Source: a bacterium
Lineage (GTDB): Bacteria; Krumholzibacteriota; Krumholzibacteriia; LZORAL124-64-63
Assembly: GCA_014730255.1 (NCBI GenBank)
Contig: WJIQ01000236.1
Coordinates: forward strand, 1 to 58,719
Direction: 5' to 3'
Length of the DNA: 58,719 nt
The position numbers were made by a program, and so were the translations under genes. Shown here piece by piece: positions 1 to 9,924 of this stretch; the stretch's first letter is position 1, and the number at the start of each line of letters is the position of its first letter. The notes below the pieces were generated by a model. The model was not told the DNA's origin. It was given only the letters and a program-made list of their open reading frames with translations, and ran no database searches.

Positions 1-592
1 CGCGGGCGACGATGTGATCGGTGACCACCGGCGGCAGAAGCGACCGCGGCGGCCGCCGCCCCGCCCGGAGCATGGCCCGCAGCTCGCTCGCCTCGGCCGG
101 ATGGGCGAAGTCGGTGATCAGCCGCGCGCGGCCGGCCAGCGGGGGCGCGAGGTCGAGCGGACCGCGCGAGACGACGACCACCTCGGCCAGCTCGAGCAGG
201 CGGTCGGGATGCCGCCAGCGATCGAACTGCCCGGCGTGGTCGCCGCCGATGACCAGTCGCCAGCGGCCGTCCGGATGCTCGACCGCGAGCTGGTCGAGGG
301 TCTCGACCGTCGGGACCGCCCGGCCGGCCGTCACCTCGCGCGGGTCGACCTCGACGCGGTCGCGCCGGGCGGCGAGGGCCGGATCGTCGAGCGCCGGATC
401 GTCGAGGGCCAGCCGGAGCATGTGGAGACGTTCGGCACCGCTCGCCGAGCACGCTTCGTCCTTGAGCGGCGAGCGGTGGGCCGGCACGACGAGCACGCGG
501 TCGGCGAGTCCGTCGGCGAGCAGGCGTCCGATCACGGCCAGGTGGCCGGCATGCACCGGGTCGAAGCTCCCTCCGTAGAGGGCGCGGATCAT
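1..592 (-). CDS. nadD: nicotinate-nucleotide adenylyltransferase (NadD); 3' end runs off the window
   Basis: Absent from the ORF track because there is no stop inside the window. Reverse translation from ATG at 590-592 reads MIRALYGGSFDPVHAGHLAVIGRLLADGLADRVLVVP, which carries the GxFxPxHxGH nucleotidyltransferase motif. ATGA start/stop overlap with the upstream bamD-like gene. Confidence 0.8.
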   Translation of the reverse strand, partial: MIRALYGGSFDPVHAGHLAVIGRLLADGLADRVLVVPAHRSPLKDEACSASGAERLHMLRLALDDPALDDPALAARRDRVEVDPREVTAGRAVPTVETLDQLAVEHPDGRWRLVIGGDHAGQFDRWRHPDRLLELAEVVVVSRGPLDLAPPLAGRARLITDFAHPAEASELRAMLRAGRRPPRSLLPPVVTDHIVAR

Positions 593-1359
593 GAGGTCGC
601 GTCGGCGGGCGCGAGGCGCGCCAGCGCGTCCTGGGCGGCCTCGCGGAGGTCGCTGTCCGGGTGCTCGGCGACCAGCCGCCGGTACATCTGGCGGGCGGTC
701 TCCTCGTCCTCGAGGCGTTCGGCGAGCTTCGCCCGGCGCATCAGCACCTCGTCGATCAGGCTGCTCGTGGGCTCGTCGACGAGGACGCGGTCGAGGACCA
801 GGGCGGCCGCGTCGTGCCGCCGGAGCTGCTCGTAGACCTCCACCGCGCGCAGCTGCTTGCGCACCATGAGGTCGGCGATCTCCTGCATGTACGCCCGCAC
901 CTCGTCCATGTATCCGGACGTCGGATACTGGCGCGAGAAATCCAGCCAGTGCAGACGGGCCTCGTGCGCCGGGGTCACGTCGCGCTCGATCCGGCCGACC
1001 TGGAGATAGTAGCACTCGCCCTCGCGGAAGACCGCGTCCTCGACCAGGTCGCTGGTCGGATAGTCCTGTGCGAGGATCTGGAACTCGACCGCCGCCAGCG
1101 GATACTCGCCGAGCTCCATGTAGGCCAGCGCCTTCTCGTACTGCGCCCGTGCGGCCAGCGAGTCGGTCGGGTTCTGGCGCACGAAGATCTCGTAGGAGTC
1201 GGCCGCGTCCTGCCAGCGCTCGTGCTCGCCCCAGAAGCGGGCCCGCTCGATGGTGCCGAGGGCGTGCGGGTTCTTGAGGCTGCAGCCGGCGCCGGCGAGC
1301 ACCAGGCCGACGACCATGATCAGCCAGCCGGCGGTCACCAGACCGCGTCGATGTCGCAT
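589..1359 (-). CDS. bamD: outer membrane assembly lipoprotein BamD/YfiO-like (TPR lipoprotein)
   Basis: Taken from ORF 589..1578 with the start moved to ATG 1357-1359 (MRHRRGLVTAGWLIMVVGLVLAGAGCS). Signal peptide plus lipobox AGAGC, and a GGAGGAAC RBS upstream. The body is TPR-like (YEKALAYMELGEYPLAAVEFQILAQDYP) as in BamD. Confidence 0.7.
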   Translation of the reverse strand: MRHRRGLVTAGWLIMVVGLVLAGAGCSLKNPHALGTIERARFWGEHERWQDAADSYEIFVRQNPTDSLAARAQYEKALAYMELGEYPLAAVEFQILAQDYPTSDLVEDAVFREGECYYLQVGRIERDVTPAHEARLHWLDFSRQYPTSGYMDEVRAYMQEIADLMVRKQLRAVEVYEQLRRHDAAALVLDRVLVDEPTSSLIDEVLMRRAKLAERLEDEETARQMYRRLVAEHPDSDLREAAQDALARLAPADATS

Positions 1360-1420
1360 GGAGTTCAACGGTTCCTCCCCGGACCTCCGGCGCCGCCGGC
1401 CGGAGGCACCACGGCGCGGG

Positions 1421-2125
1421 TCACTCGGTGTTCGCGAAGTAGATGGCCACCATGCCGGCCAGCGTGCCCAGCACGACGATCTCCTCGAGCCGGCGGGACC
1501 AGCCGCCGCCCTCGACGCTGGCCATGGTGAACGGGTAGCTGCGGGTCTCGACGGCCGCGAGCTGCTCGGCCTCGACACGATCCTGGAACCGTCGCACCAC
1601 GCGCCGGCTGGCGACCACCTGGTTGTCGGCGTGATCGACCAGGGTGAACTGCACGGCGAGATCCATCGACCGGTCGACCCAGCTGTCCCAGAACACGAAG
1701 CGGCGGCCGCTGTCCGGATACGTCAGCGCGAGGTCGTCCACCCGGTATCGTAACTCGTAGACGGGCCCCTCGGTTCCCGGCGGGATCACGTCGACGTGGA
1801 CGCGGTGGCCGGCGGCGAGCAGATGATGAGTCGCGACGGTGGTCAGCAGGTTCGCCGCCGGCTCCGTGCTGCCGGGCACGAGCAGGACGGCGACCGGCCC
1901 GGGCGGCAGCTCGGCGGTGACCTCGGCGAGGGCGTCGCCGAGCATCGCCTCGGCCACCATCAGGTTCGTGCGGACCGTGTCCTCGCCGGTGCTCGCGAGC
2001 ACGGCCTCCGGCGCGATCGGCGGCGTGTCCTCGGCCCGGGCCGCGCCCGCGACGCTCGCCAGCGTGGCGACCGCGGTGACGACGACGAGGACGGCAAGCC
2101 GGAAACCAGATCGCTGCAGCTGCAT
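1421..2125 (-). CDS. hypothetical secreted protein (234 aa)
   Basis: ORF 1421..2143, with ATG at 2125 preferred because of a GGAAGGA RBS. N-terminal signal-like helix FRLAVLVVVTAVATLASVAGAARA. No motif recognised. Confidence 0.5.
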   Translation of the reverse strand: MQLQRSGFRLAVLVVVTAVATLASVAGAARAEDTPPIAPEAVLASTGEDTVRTNLMVAEAMLGDALAEVTAELPPGPVAVLLVPGSTEPAANLLTTVATHHLLAAGHRVHVDVIPPGTEGPVYELRYRVDDLALTYPDSGRRFVFWDSWVDRSMDLAVQFTLVDHADNQVVASRRVVRRFQDRVEAEQLAAVETRSYPFTMASVEGGGWSRRLEEIVVLGTLAGMVAIYFANTE

Positions 2126-2143
2126 GATGGCGTCCTTCCGCAA

Positions 2144-3571
2144 TCAGCGGGCCGGATCGGCCCAGACGTCCCAGGGGGTGGCGCCGGTGAAGGTGGCCTC
2201 GAGCCAGTCGCCGGCCGCGACCCCATCGTCGACCGGCAGCACCACCATGCCGTCGAGATCGTATCCGAAGTGCACGCTGCGGCCAAGGGCCAGGCGACCG
2301 CCGCGGTCGTTCCAGGCGACGGCGCGGCCGCGCGCGCCCTCGTCGCGCCAGGCCCCCTCGAGCAGGCCGGGCACGAGCTCCTCGCGGTGGGTCCGGTCGT
2401 CGGCTCCGTCGTCGAGGACCCGGTCGACGACGACCTCGTGGCGCTCGCCGAGGCGCGCGGCCATGCGGCGGCCCGAGATCTCCGTCTGCAGGTCCGTGAC
2501 CCGGGCCTCGCGATCGGCCACGACCTCGCCCGCCGGCCGGTCCGGCAGCTCCGCCGCCGGGGTCCCGGCCTCGGGAGAGTAACGGTACGTCCCGAGGTGG
2601 TCAAATTCCACCTCGGCCAGGAAATCGAGCAGCTCCTCGACGTCCTCCTCCTCCTCGCCGGGGAACCCGACCAGGGCCGTCGACCGCAGCACGACGTCCG
2701 GGCGTTCGCGGCGCAGGGTCCGGAAGAAGGCGGCCGCCCTGTCCGGGTCGCCCGGCCTTCGCATCGCCCGCAGGATGCGGCGCGAGGCATGCTGCACGGG
2801 CAGATCGAGGTAGGGCACCACGTGCGGCAGCTCGAGGATGCGCAGCGCGCGTTCGGCCGGGAACAGGCCAGCGTAGAGGTAGAGCAGCCGGATGCGCCGG
2901 AGATCGTCGATGGCCGCCAGCGAGGCGAGCAGCGCCTCGAGGTCCTCGCCCGTCCCGCGGCCGTAATCGCTGGTGTTCTGGCTGACGAGCTGGACCTCCC
3001 GCACCCCCTGATCGACGAGCTGCCGCACCTCGGCCGTGATCTCGTCCACGGGCCGGCTGCGCAGCTTGCCGCGGATCAGGGGGATGCGGCAGAAGGTGCA
3101 GCCCTGGTTGCAGCCCTCGCCGATCTTGACGAAGGCCACGTGCGCCGGCGTGAGCAGCGGCCGGCGGATCAGCCCCTCGTAGCTGGCCTCGAACGCCGGC
3201 ACGGCGAGCCAGTCGGCGAACCCGGCCAGCGCCGCCGACACGACGCGGTCGAACTCGCCGACGCCGCCGACCACGTCGACCTCGGGATGGTCGCGCTGGA
3301 TGCGCACACCGTGCTCCTGGGCGAGGCAGCCGGTGACCACGAGGGTCCGGTCGCCCTTGGCCCGGGCGAAGGCGCCGATGGCCTCCTCGCTGTCGTGGCG
3401 CGCGGCCTCGATGAAGCCGCAGGTGTTCACGAGCCAGATGTCGGCCCGCTCGGGATCGTCGACGGCGACCACCCCCCGGTCGGCGAAGCGCCCCAGCAGG
3501 GCCTCGCTGTCGACCAGGTTCTTGTCGCAGCCCAGGGTATGGCAATACACGCGTCGGATGGCGTGGGTCAT
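2144..3571 (-). CDS. rimO: ribosomal protein S12 methylthiotransferase RimO (radical SAM, MiaB family)
   Basis: N-terminus VYCHTLGCDKNLVDSE is typical of RimO. Radical-SAM CNQGCTFC (CxxxCxxC) motif and a C-terminal TRAM-like segment. ATG start with a GAGGA RBS. Confidence 0.85.
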   Translation of the reverse strand: MTHAIRRVYCHTLGCDKNLVDSEALLGRFADRGVVAVDDPERADIWLVNTCGFIEAARHDSEEAIGAFARAKGDRTLVVTGCLAQEHGVRIQRDHPEVDVVGGVGEFDRVVSAALAGFADWLAVPAFEASYEGLIRRPLLTPAHVAFVKIGEGCNQGCTFCRIPLIRGKLRSRPVDEITAEVRQLVDQGVREVQLVSQNTSDYGRGTGEDLEALLASLAAIDDLRRIRLLYLYAGLFPAERALRILELPHVVPYLDLPVQHASRRILRAMRRPGDPDRAAAFFRTLRRERPDVVLRSTALVGFPGEEEEDVEELLDFLAEVEFDHLGTYRYSPEAGTPAAELPDRPAGEVVADREARVTDLQTEISGRRMAARLGERHEVVVDRVLDDGADDRTHREELVPGLLEGAWRDEGARGRAVAWNDRGGRLALGRSVHFGYDLDGMVVLPVDDGVAAGDWLEATFTGATPWDVWADPAR

Positions 3572-3604
3572 GCGTCGTCCTCGCTCGGGGGGTCTCGGAC
3601 CGGA

Positions 3605-5953
3605 TCAGTCCGTCGGATCCTCGTCGCCGAAAAGATCGGGCAGGTCGGCCGGTTTGACCAGCACGTCGCGCGCCTTGCTCCCGGTGAAGGGGCCGACGAT
3701 CCCCGCCTCCTCCATCATGTCCATCAGCCGGCCCGCCCGGGTGTAGCCGATGCGCAGGCGCCGCTGCAGGAGGCTGGTCGACCCGCTCTCGTGGGTGACG
3801 ACCACGCGCACCGCCTCCTCGAACAGGTCGTCCTCGCCCGTGTGGACGCCCAGGCCCCCGTCGCCGCCGGCGTCGAGCCGGACCTCGTCCGTCGTGCCGG
3901 TGTACTGCCGCCAGTGGTCGGCCACCGCCTCGCACTCGGGCACGTCGACGAAGGCGCCGTGCACGCGGATCGGCTGCGCCCGGCCGGGCATGAGGTACAG
4001 CATGTCGCCCTTGCCCAGCAGCTGCTCGGCGCCGTTCTGGTCGAGGATCGTGCGCGAGTCGTTCTTCTGGATGACCCGGAAGGCGATGCGGCAGGGGATG
4101 TTGGCCTTGATCACGCCGGTGAGCACGTCGACCGACGGCCGCTGCGTCGCCAGCACGAGGTGCATGCCGACCGCGCGCGCCTTTTGCGCCAGTCGCGTGA
4201 CGGGCACCTCGAAATCCTGGCCGAGCTGGACCATGAGGTCGGCCAGTTCGTCGACGATGGTCACGTAGTAGGGCATCGGGTCGGTCAGGGGCTCCCCGTC
4301 CGGACCGGGGACCTCGCCGCGGGCGACCTTGGCGTTGTACTGCTCGATGTTGCGGACGGCGTGCCTGGAGAGCTGGCGATACCGCTGGTCCATCTGGGCG
4401 ACCATCCAGTTCATCGCCCGCAGGGCCTCCTTCGGATCGGTGATCACCGGCATCAGCAGATGCGGCACGCCGTTGTAGACGTTCAGCTCGAGCATCTTGG
4501 GATCGATCATCAGGAAGCGCAGGCGCGCCGGGTCGTTGTACAGCAGCAGGTTGGTGATCATCGCGTTCAGGCAGACCGACTTGCCGCTGCCGGTGCTGCC
4601 GGCGACCAGCAGGTGGGGCTGCGCCGCGAGATCGATGGAGACCGACCGGCCCTGGACGTCCTTGCCGAGGGTGACCTGCAGCGGTGGCCGCCCCTGGCTG
4701 GACTCGCTGCCGAGGACCTCGCGCAGGCTCACCAGCTGCGGCTGCTGGTTGGGGATCTCGATGCCGACGGCCGCCTCGCCCGGGATGGGCGCCTCCATGC
4801 GCAGGCTGCGCGCGCGCATGGCCAGCGCGAGGTCGTCGGCGCGCTGGACGATCTGGCTGACCCGGATGCCCGAGGCCGGCTGGTACTCGTAGGTCGTCAC
4901 CACCGGTCCGGGGCGGACGTCCTTGACCTCGCCCTGGACCCCGAAGCTGCGCAGCGTCTCCTCCAGGAGATCGGCCGCCTCGTCGAGCTCGATGGGGCTG
5001 AGCTCCGGCTCATCGCCCGCCGGCTCGGTCAGCAGATCGATGGACGGCAGCTCCAGCGGTCCTGCCGGGACCGGCGACGGCGCGACGTCGAGGTCGTCGT
5101 CCGGGCCTTCGGCCGCCGGCTCGGGCTCGCCCCGGTCGGGCTCGCTGCCGGCGATCGGCTCCTCGGGCCAGTGGATGCTGCGGGACCGCTCGGCCGGGGT
5201 CATGGGCTCGTCGTCCGGATCGGGCGGAGGCTCGGGCGCGAGGGGCCGCCGCGTGGCCGACGGGGTCTGCCCACTCGACGCGCGCCACGATCGCAGCCGG
5301 TCCGGCCAGCGTCGCACGCCGGCGATCAGCGCCCCGGTCGCGTCGGACAGGGCGCCGGCCACCGCGTTCAGCGCCCGGCCGATCACCGGCACGGTCGCCG
5401 TCCAGGCCGGCGCGAGGACCGGCCGCGCGATCCAGATCAGCGCGAGGGTCAGCGCCAGCCCGAGGAACAGGCGCGTGCCCCAGACGCCCACCAGAGCGTG
5501 CGCCGCCCGTCCGAGCACCGACCCCACGAAGCCCGCGAGCCGGATCGACTCGAGTTCTCCCCACGGCCAGCCCGGCTGGCCGAGCAAGGCCACGCTCACC
5601 AGCCACAGCACGCCGGCCCGCCAGAGCAGCGGCACGACGAACCCGCTGCGACCGACGACGGCCGCCATCCCGACGACGAGCAGGAGGACCGGCGCGGTCC
5701 AGACCCAGACCACGCCCAGGCCGAGGCCGAGGGACCAGGCCAGCACGGCACCGACGGGACCGCCTGGATTCCGGAAGGAGAGGGGGCTCTCGAGTTCGCC
5801 GCCGTCGAGCCACAGCCACCAGGGCGCGGTGTCGGCGGTCAGGCTCAGGCCGAGGTAGATCGCGAGCACGACCAGGAAGAGGCCAGCCACCCAGGGGGCC
5901 GACCACCAGGCCTCGTCTCGCGTGCTACGCTTCTTCCGCCTTCGCCCGGACAT
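3605..5953 (-). CDS. ftsK: DNA translocase FtsK/SpoIIIE
   Basis: N-terminal TM helices and a Pro-rich linker. Walker A GSTGSGKS. The C-terminal gamma winged helix [29 protein letters not shown] is present. ATG at 5953 with a GGAGG RBS. Confidence 0.9.
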   Translation of the reverse strand: MSGRRRKKRSTRDEAWWSAPWVAGLFLVVLAIYLGLSLTADTAPWWLWLDGGELESPLSFRNPGGPVGAVLAWSLGLGLGVVWVWTAPVLLLVVGMAAVVGRSGFVVPLLWRAGVLWLVSVALLGQPGWPWGELESIRLAGFVGSVLGRAAHALVGVWGTRLFLGLALTLALIWIARPVLAPAWTATVPVIGRALNAVAGALSDATGALIAGVRRWPDRLRSWRASSGQTPSATRRPLAPEPPPDPDDEPMTPAERSRSIHWPEEPIAGSEPDRGEPEPAAEGPDDDLDVAPSPVPAGPLELPSIDLLTEPAGDEPELSPIELDEAADLLEETLRSFGVQGEVKDVRPGPVVTTYEYQPASGIRVSQIVQRADDLALAMRARSLRMEAPIPGEAAVGIEIPNQQPQLVSLREVLGSESSQGRPPLQVTLGKDVQGRSVSIDLAAQPHLLVAGSTGSGKSVCLNAMITNLLLYNDPARLRFLMIDPKMLELNVYNGVPHLLMPVITDPKEALRAMNWMVAQMDQRYRQLSRHAVRNIEQYNAKVARGEVPGPDGEPLTDPMPYYVTIVDELADLMVQLGQDFEVPVTRLAQKARAVGMHLVLATQRPSVDVLTGVIKANIPCRIAFRVIQKNDSRTILDQNGAEQLLGKGDMLYLMPGRAQPIRVHGAFVDVPECEAVADHWRQYTGTTDEVRLDAGGDGGLGVHTGEDDLFEEAVRVVVTHESGSTSLLQRRLRIGYTRAGRLMDMMEEAGIVGPFTGSKARDVLVKPADLPDLFGDEDPTD

Positions 5954-7307
5954 GCATCGCCTCCCGCAGCTGCACGCCGTGATCGTCGATGAAGCGCGTG
6001 GTCACGCGCCCCTCCCGGAACTCGGGATGGGCCAGGACCGCCAGATGGAAGGGGATGCTCGTCGCCACGCCCTCGAACACGCTCTCCTCGAGGGCCCGGA
6101 CCATGCGGGCGATCGCCTCCGTGCGGTCGCGGCCGTGCACGATGATCTTGGCCAGCAGCGAGTCGTAGTATGGTGGGACCGTGTAGCCGCTGTAAAGGTG
6201 AGAATCGACGCGCACGCCGAGACCCCCGGGCGCGTGGAAGTCGTGCACCCGCCCGGGCGACGGCATGAAGTCGCGCGTCGGATCCTCGGCGTTGACCCGG
6301 CACTCGAGGGCGTGCCCGGTGAACCGGACGTCCTCCTGGGTCAGGTCCAGGGGCTGGCCCGCGGCCACGCGCAGCTGCTCCTGGACGAGATCCACCCCGG
6401 TCAGGAACTCGGTCACCGGGTGCTCGACCTGGATCCGCGTGTTCATCTCCATGAAGTAGAACGACCCGTCCTCGTCGAGCAGGAACTCGACCGTCCCGGC
6501 CGAGCGATAGCCGACCTCGCGCGCGAGACGCGCCGCCGCCTCGCCCATCCGGGCGCGCAGTTCCGGCGTGACCGCCGGCGACGGGGCCTCCTCGATCAGC
6601 TTCTGATGCCGCCGCTGGACCGAGCAGTCGCGCTCGCCGAGGTGGACGACGTTGCCATGGGAGTCGGCCAGGATCTGGATCTCGACGTGGCGTGGCCGCG
6701 CGAGGTACTTCTCCATGTAGAGGCTCGCGTCGCCGAACCCGGCGAGCGCCTCGCTGCTGGCCGTGGCGTAGGCGCGCTCCAGCTCGGCCGGACCGGACGC
6801 CGGCCGCATGCCCTTGCCGCCGCCGCCGGCCGTGGCCTTCAGGAGCACGGGGTAGGTGATCCGTTCGGCGGCCTTCAGCGCGGCCTCGACGGTCGCGAGG
6901 ATGCCCGTCCCCGGGACGGTCGGCACCCCGGCGGCCTCGGCGCGGGCGCGGGCGGTCGCCTTGTCCCCCATGCTGCGGATGGTCTCCGGATCGGGCCCGA
7001 TCCAGGTGAAGCCGTTCTCGATGACGGTCTCGGCGAAGTTCGCGTTCTCGGCCAGGAAGCCATACCCCGGATGGATCGCCTCGGCTCCGGTGATCTCCGC
7101 GGCGGCGATCAGGTTCGGCACCTTCAGGTAGCTCTCGCGGCTGGTCGCCTTGCCCACGCACACCGACTCGTCGGCGTACTTCACGTGCAGCGAATCGCGA
7201 TCGGCGGCCGCGTGCACGGCCACGCACTCGATGCCCAGCTCGTGGCAGGTGCGCATCACGCGCAGCGCGATCTCCCCGCGATTGCAGATCAGGATCTTCG
7301 AGAACAT
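5925..7307 (-). CDS. accC: acetyl-CoA carboxylase biotin carboxylase subunit
   Basis: [32 protein letters not shown]... shows full-length ATP-grasp biotin carboxylase similarity (460 aa). Confidence 0.95.
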   Translation of the reverse strand: MFSKILICNRGEIALRVMRTCHELGIECVAVHAAADRDSLHVKYADESVCVGKATSRESYLKVPNLIAAAEITGAEAIHPGYGFLAENANFAETVIENGFTWIGPDPETIRSMGDKATARARAEAAGVPTVPGTGILATVEAALKAAERITYPVLLKATAGGGGKGMRPASGPAELERAYATASSEALAGFGDASLYMEKYLARPRHVEIQILADSHGNVVHLGERDCSVQRRHQKLIEEAPSPAVTPELRARMGEAAARLAREVGYRSAGTVEFLLDEDGSFYFMEMNTRIQVEHPVTEFLTGVDLVQEQLRVAAGQPLDLTQEDVRFTGHALECRVNAEDPTRDFMPSPGRVHDFHAPGGLGVRVDSHLYSGYTVPPYYDSLLAKIIVHGRDRTEAIARMVRALEESVFEGVATSIPFHLAVLAHPEFREGRVTTRFIDDHGVQLREAMHVRAKAEEA

Positions 7308-7393
7308 GGGACCGTCCCGGTCGTGGCCGCAGGGGGCCGGTGATCAGGCGCGCAACCCGCTCAGGATCGCCGAGATGACAGCAAACGGCAAGA

Positions 7394-7413
7394 CGGGATC
7401 CTCATGGATCCCG
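7394..7413 (-). terminator. terminator-like hairpin downstream of pilT
   Basis: Perfect 8-bp stem cgggatcc/ggatcccg with a 4-nt loop, 22 nt after the pilT stop. On the minus strand it is followed by moderately U-rich UCUUGCCGUUUGCUGU. Confidence 0.3.
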
Positions 7414-7434
7414 CCTCGACCGACCGGGGGTCGA

Positions 7435-8583
7435 CTACTGCAGGTTGTCGGGAATACCGGTGGAGATCGACTCCTCGCCCTCGAACCGCTCCCAGGTGGT
7501 GTCGCTGCTCGCCTGGATGCCCTTGACGCGCAGCGAGAACTCGTGGGGGTTGCTCGAGGCGTGCATCGCGGTCTCGATGGTGATCCGCCCCTGCTTGTAG
7601 AGCTGCATCAGCGACTGGTCGAAGGTCTGCATCTGATACTGCACGAAGCCCTCCTGGATCGCCTGGCGGATCAGCGAGGTCTTCTCCGGCTCGCGGATGT
7701 AGTCGCGGATGGTGCTGGTGGCGATCATGACCTCGACGGCGGCGTAGCGGTGCTGGTTGCCCGCGTCGGCGACCAGCCGCTGGGAGATCACCGCCTGGAT
7801 CGTGCTGGCCAGCAGGTAGCGGATCTCCTGGTGCTGGTGCGAGGGGAAGAAGCTGATGATGCGGCTGATGGTCTGGGTCGCGTCGATGGTGTGCATCGTG
7901 GAGAGGACGAGGTGACCGGTATCGGCCGCCGTCAGGGCCACCTTCATCGACTCGGCGTCGCGGATCTCGCCGATGAGGATCGCGTCGGGGTCCTGGCGCA
8001 GGATGTAGCGCAGCGCGTCGCCGTAGCAGATCGTGTCGGCGCCGACCTCGCGCTGGCTGATGATGCTGTTCTTGTCCTTGTGCAGGAACTCGATCGGATC
8101 CTCGACCGTGATCACGTGGCTGTGCTGCTCGGTGTTGATGATGTCGACCATGCTGGCCAGGGTCGTGCTCTTGCCCGAGCCCACGGTGCCGGTCACCAGG
8201 ATCATGCCGCGGGGCTTGAGCGCGAGGTCGCGCAGGACCGGCGGCAGGCCGAGCTCGTCGAGGGTCTTTATCTCCACCGGCACGTGCCGGAAGACCATCG
8301 CGATGGAGCCGCGCTGGACGTAGAAGTTGGCGCGGAAGCGCGCGATCCCGGGCACGCCGAACGCGAAGTCGATCTCGCGCGTCTTCTCGAAGTGCTCACG
8401 CTGGGACGGGGTGAGGATCTGCTGCGCCACGGCGACCATGTCCTGGACCGACGGGGCCGCCATGTCCAGCATGCTCAGGCTGCCGTTGATCCTCAGGATC
8501 GGCGGCGAGGCGACCTTCAGGTGCAGATCGCTGGCGCCGCGGCTGATCATCTCACGCAGGATGTTCTTGATGTCCAGGGACAC
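7435..8583 (-). CDS. pilT: type IV pilus retraction ATPase PilT
   Basis: GTG start with a GAGGAG RBS. Motifs are ASDLHLKV, Walker A GTVGSGKST, and a PilT-type signature TSTIRDYIRE (compare AIRNLIRE). 382 aa. Confidence 0.9.
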   Translation of the reverse strand: MSLDIKNILREMISRGASDLHLKVASPPILRINGSLSMLDMAAPSVQDMVAVAQQILTPSQREHFEKTREIDFAFGVPGIARFRANFYVQRGSIAMVFRHVPVEIKTLDELGLPPVLRDLALKPRGMILVTGTVGSGKSTTLASMVDIINTEQHSHVITVEDPIEFLHKDKNSIISQREVGADTICYGDALRYILRQDPDAILIGEIRDAESMKVALTAADTGHLVLSTMHTIDATQTISRIISFFPSHQHQEIRYLLASTIQAVISQRLVADAGNQHRYAAVEVMIATSTIRDYIREPEKTSLIRQAIQEGFVQYQMQTFDQSLMQLYKQGRITIETAMHASSNPHEFSLRVKGIQASSDTTWERFEGEESISTGIPDNLQ

Positions 8584-8711
8584 GATTCGCTCCTCGCCCG
8601 GATCATGGCCGTGCGCGCCGTCGACCGGCGGCGCGCCTCGGGTTCATGATCGGACGCGGGAGCGAGAACTTGAGCGGGTCCGGCCCATGCCGGAGCAGTA
8701 GAACGATCCGG

Positions 8712-9173
8712 TCAGCTGGGCTCGATGCGGAAGAGCACGGCCTCGGCCTCGACCGGCTGGCCATCCTCGAGGCAGGCCTCGACGACCGTCCCGGCGAACT
8801 CGGCCTCGATCTCGTTCATGACCTTCATCGCCTCGACGATGCAGAGCGTGTCGCCCGGCGCGACCTTCTGTCCGATCTCCACGAACGGCGGCGACCCGGG
8901 CTCCGGCGACCGGTAGAACGTCCCGACGATGGGCGAGGTGACCGGCCGACCGCTCGCGGCCGGCGACGGCCCGGGCGACGGTTCGGCGGCGGCCGCCGGC
9001 GGTGCGGGCGTCGGGGTCGCCACCGGCGCCGTCATGGCCGCGGCGACCGGCGCGGCCGCCGCCGGCAACTGGGCGCTGATGCGCAGGTTCATGTCGTCGG
9101 TTTCGACCTCGAGCTCGGCGATGCCGCTCCGGGAGACCAGGTCCACCAGCTCACGGATCTTGTCGACGTCCAT
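8712..9173 (-). CDS. accB: acetyl-CoA carboxylase biotin carboxyl carrier protein
   Basis: ORF 8712..9200 with the start moved to ATG 9171-9173 ([13 protein letters not shown]), which has GGAGG 6 nt upstream. Pro/Ala linker present. Biotinylation motif [12 protein letters not shown]. Confidence 0.9.
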   Translation of the reverse strand: MDVDKIRELVDLVSRSGIAELEVETDDMNLRISAQLPAAAAPVAAAMTAPVATPTPAPPAAAAEPSPGPSPAASGRPVTSPIVGTFYRSPEPGSPPFVEIGQKVAPGDTLCIVEAMKVMNEIEAEFAGTVVEACLEDGQPVEAEAVLFRIEPS

Positions 9174-9202
9174 CGGCATCCTCCAGTCCGGGTGGGCCAC
9201 GC

Positions 9203-9760
9203 TCAGGCGCGGCTGATGTACTTGCCGGTGCGGGTATCGACCTTGACCACGGTGCCCTCCTCGAGGTACAGGGGCACCTGCACGACCAGGCCGGTCTCGA
9301 GCTTGGCCGGCTTCGACCCTCCCTGGGCCGTGTCGCCCCGCACGCCGGGGTCGGTCTCGACCACGGTCAGCTCCACGGTCAGCGGCGGTTCGACCGTCAG
9401 CGGCCTGTCCTCGAGCAGGAGCACCTGGCAGACGTCACTCTCCTTGACGTACATCGGCAGGTCGCCCAGGACGTCGCGGTGTAGCTCGATCTGCTCGTAG
9501 GTCTCCATGTTCATGAAGGTGAACGTGTCGCCATCGTTGTAGAGATACTGGAAGTCGCGCCGTTCGAGGCGCACCTCCTCGACCTTCTCGCCGGCGCGGA
9601 ACGTCTCCTCGATCACCTTGCCCGAGGTCACGCCCTTGAGCTTGGTGCGCACGAACGCCGGTCCCTTGCCCGGCTTGACGTGCTGGAACTCCATGATGCT
9701 CCAGAGCTCGTTCTTGTGCCGGAACGTGTATCCGGTCCGGAAATTCGTGGTATCCGCCAC
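9203..9760 (-). CDS. efp: elongation factor P
   Basis: GTG start. The sequence [38 protein letters not shown] matches the EF-P N-terminal KOW-like domain, with the conserved Lys loop KPGKG. Confidence 0.95.
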   Translation of the reverse strand: MADTTNFRTGYTFRHKNELWSIMEFQHVKPGKGPAFVRTKLKGVTSGKVIEETFRAGEKVEEVRLERRDFQYLYNDGDTFTFMNMETYEQIELHRDVLGDLPMYVKESDVCQVLLLEDRPLTVEPPLTVELTVVETDPGVRGDTAQGGSKPAKLETGLVVQVPLYLEEGTVVKVDTRTGKYISRA

Positions 9761-9861
9761 GATGGCCTCGCTTTGTGTCGGCGGCTCGACCAGGGTCGAT
9801 CCGGTGGTGGGCCGCGCCCGGCCTTCCGGCGGCGCGGCGCAGATGCGTCCAGTGCGGCGTC

Positions 9862-9890
9862 AGGATAACCCGCGCTCCGGGGAACGGCAA
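9862..9890 (-). promoter_or_regulatory. candidate sigma70-type promoter upstream of efp
   Basis: Minus strand reads TTGCCG-17 nt-TATCCT, about 100 nt upstream of the efp start. Found by eye only. Confidence 0.3.
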
Positions 9891-9924
9891 TCGCGAAGCC
9901 GCTCTCGCGGAAGCGCTTTCCGCG

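Noticed and set aside
1384-1406. Hairpin cctccggc-N7-gccggagg between the 234-aa hypothetical gene and bamD as a terminator
   Set aside because: There is no U-tract. It lies immediately in front of the bamD RBS within a 61-nt gap of an apparently continuous operon. It is more likely incidental GC-rich pairing, or at most a processing or translation-modulating structure.
1796-5992. 1398-aa plus-strand ORF, one of the longest in the track
   Set aside because: It is antisense to rimO and ftsK, which have unambiguous motifs. Its translation is Arg/Gly/Ala/Pro/Asp-rich low-complexity sequence with no recognisable domain. This is the typical shadow ORF of a high-GC genome.
7435-8583. pilT as a horizontally acquired insertion
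   Set aside because: No flanking direct repeats, integrase or transposase remnants, or tRNA were seen. The slightly lower GC is explainable by strong protein conservation. The RBS and start context match the neighbours.
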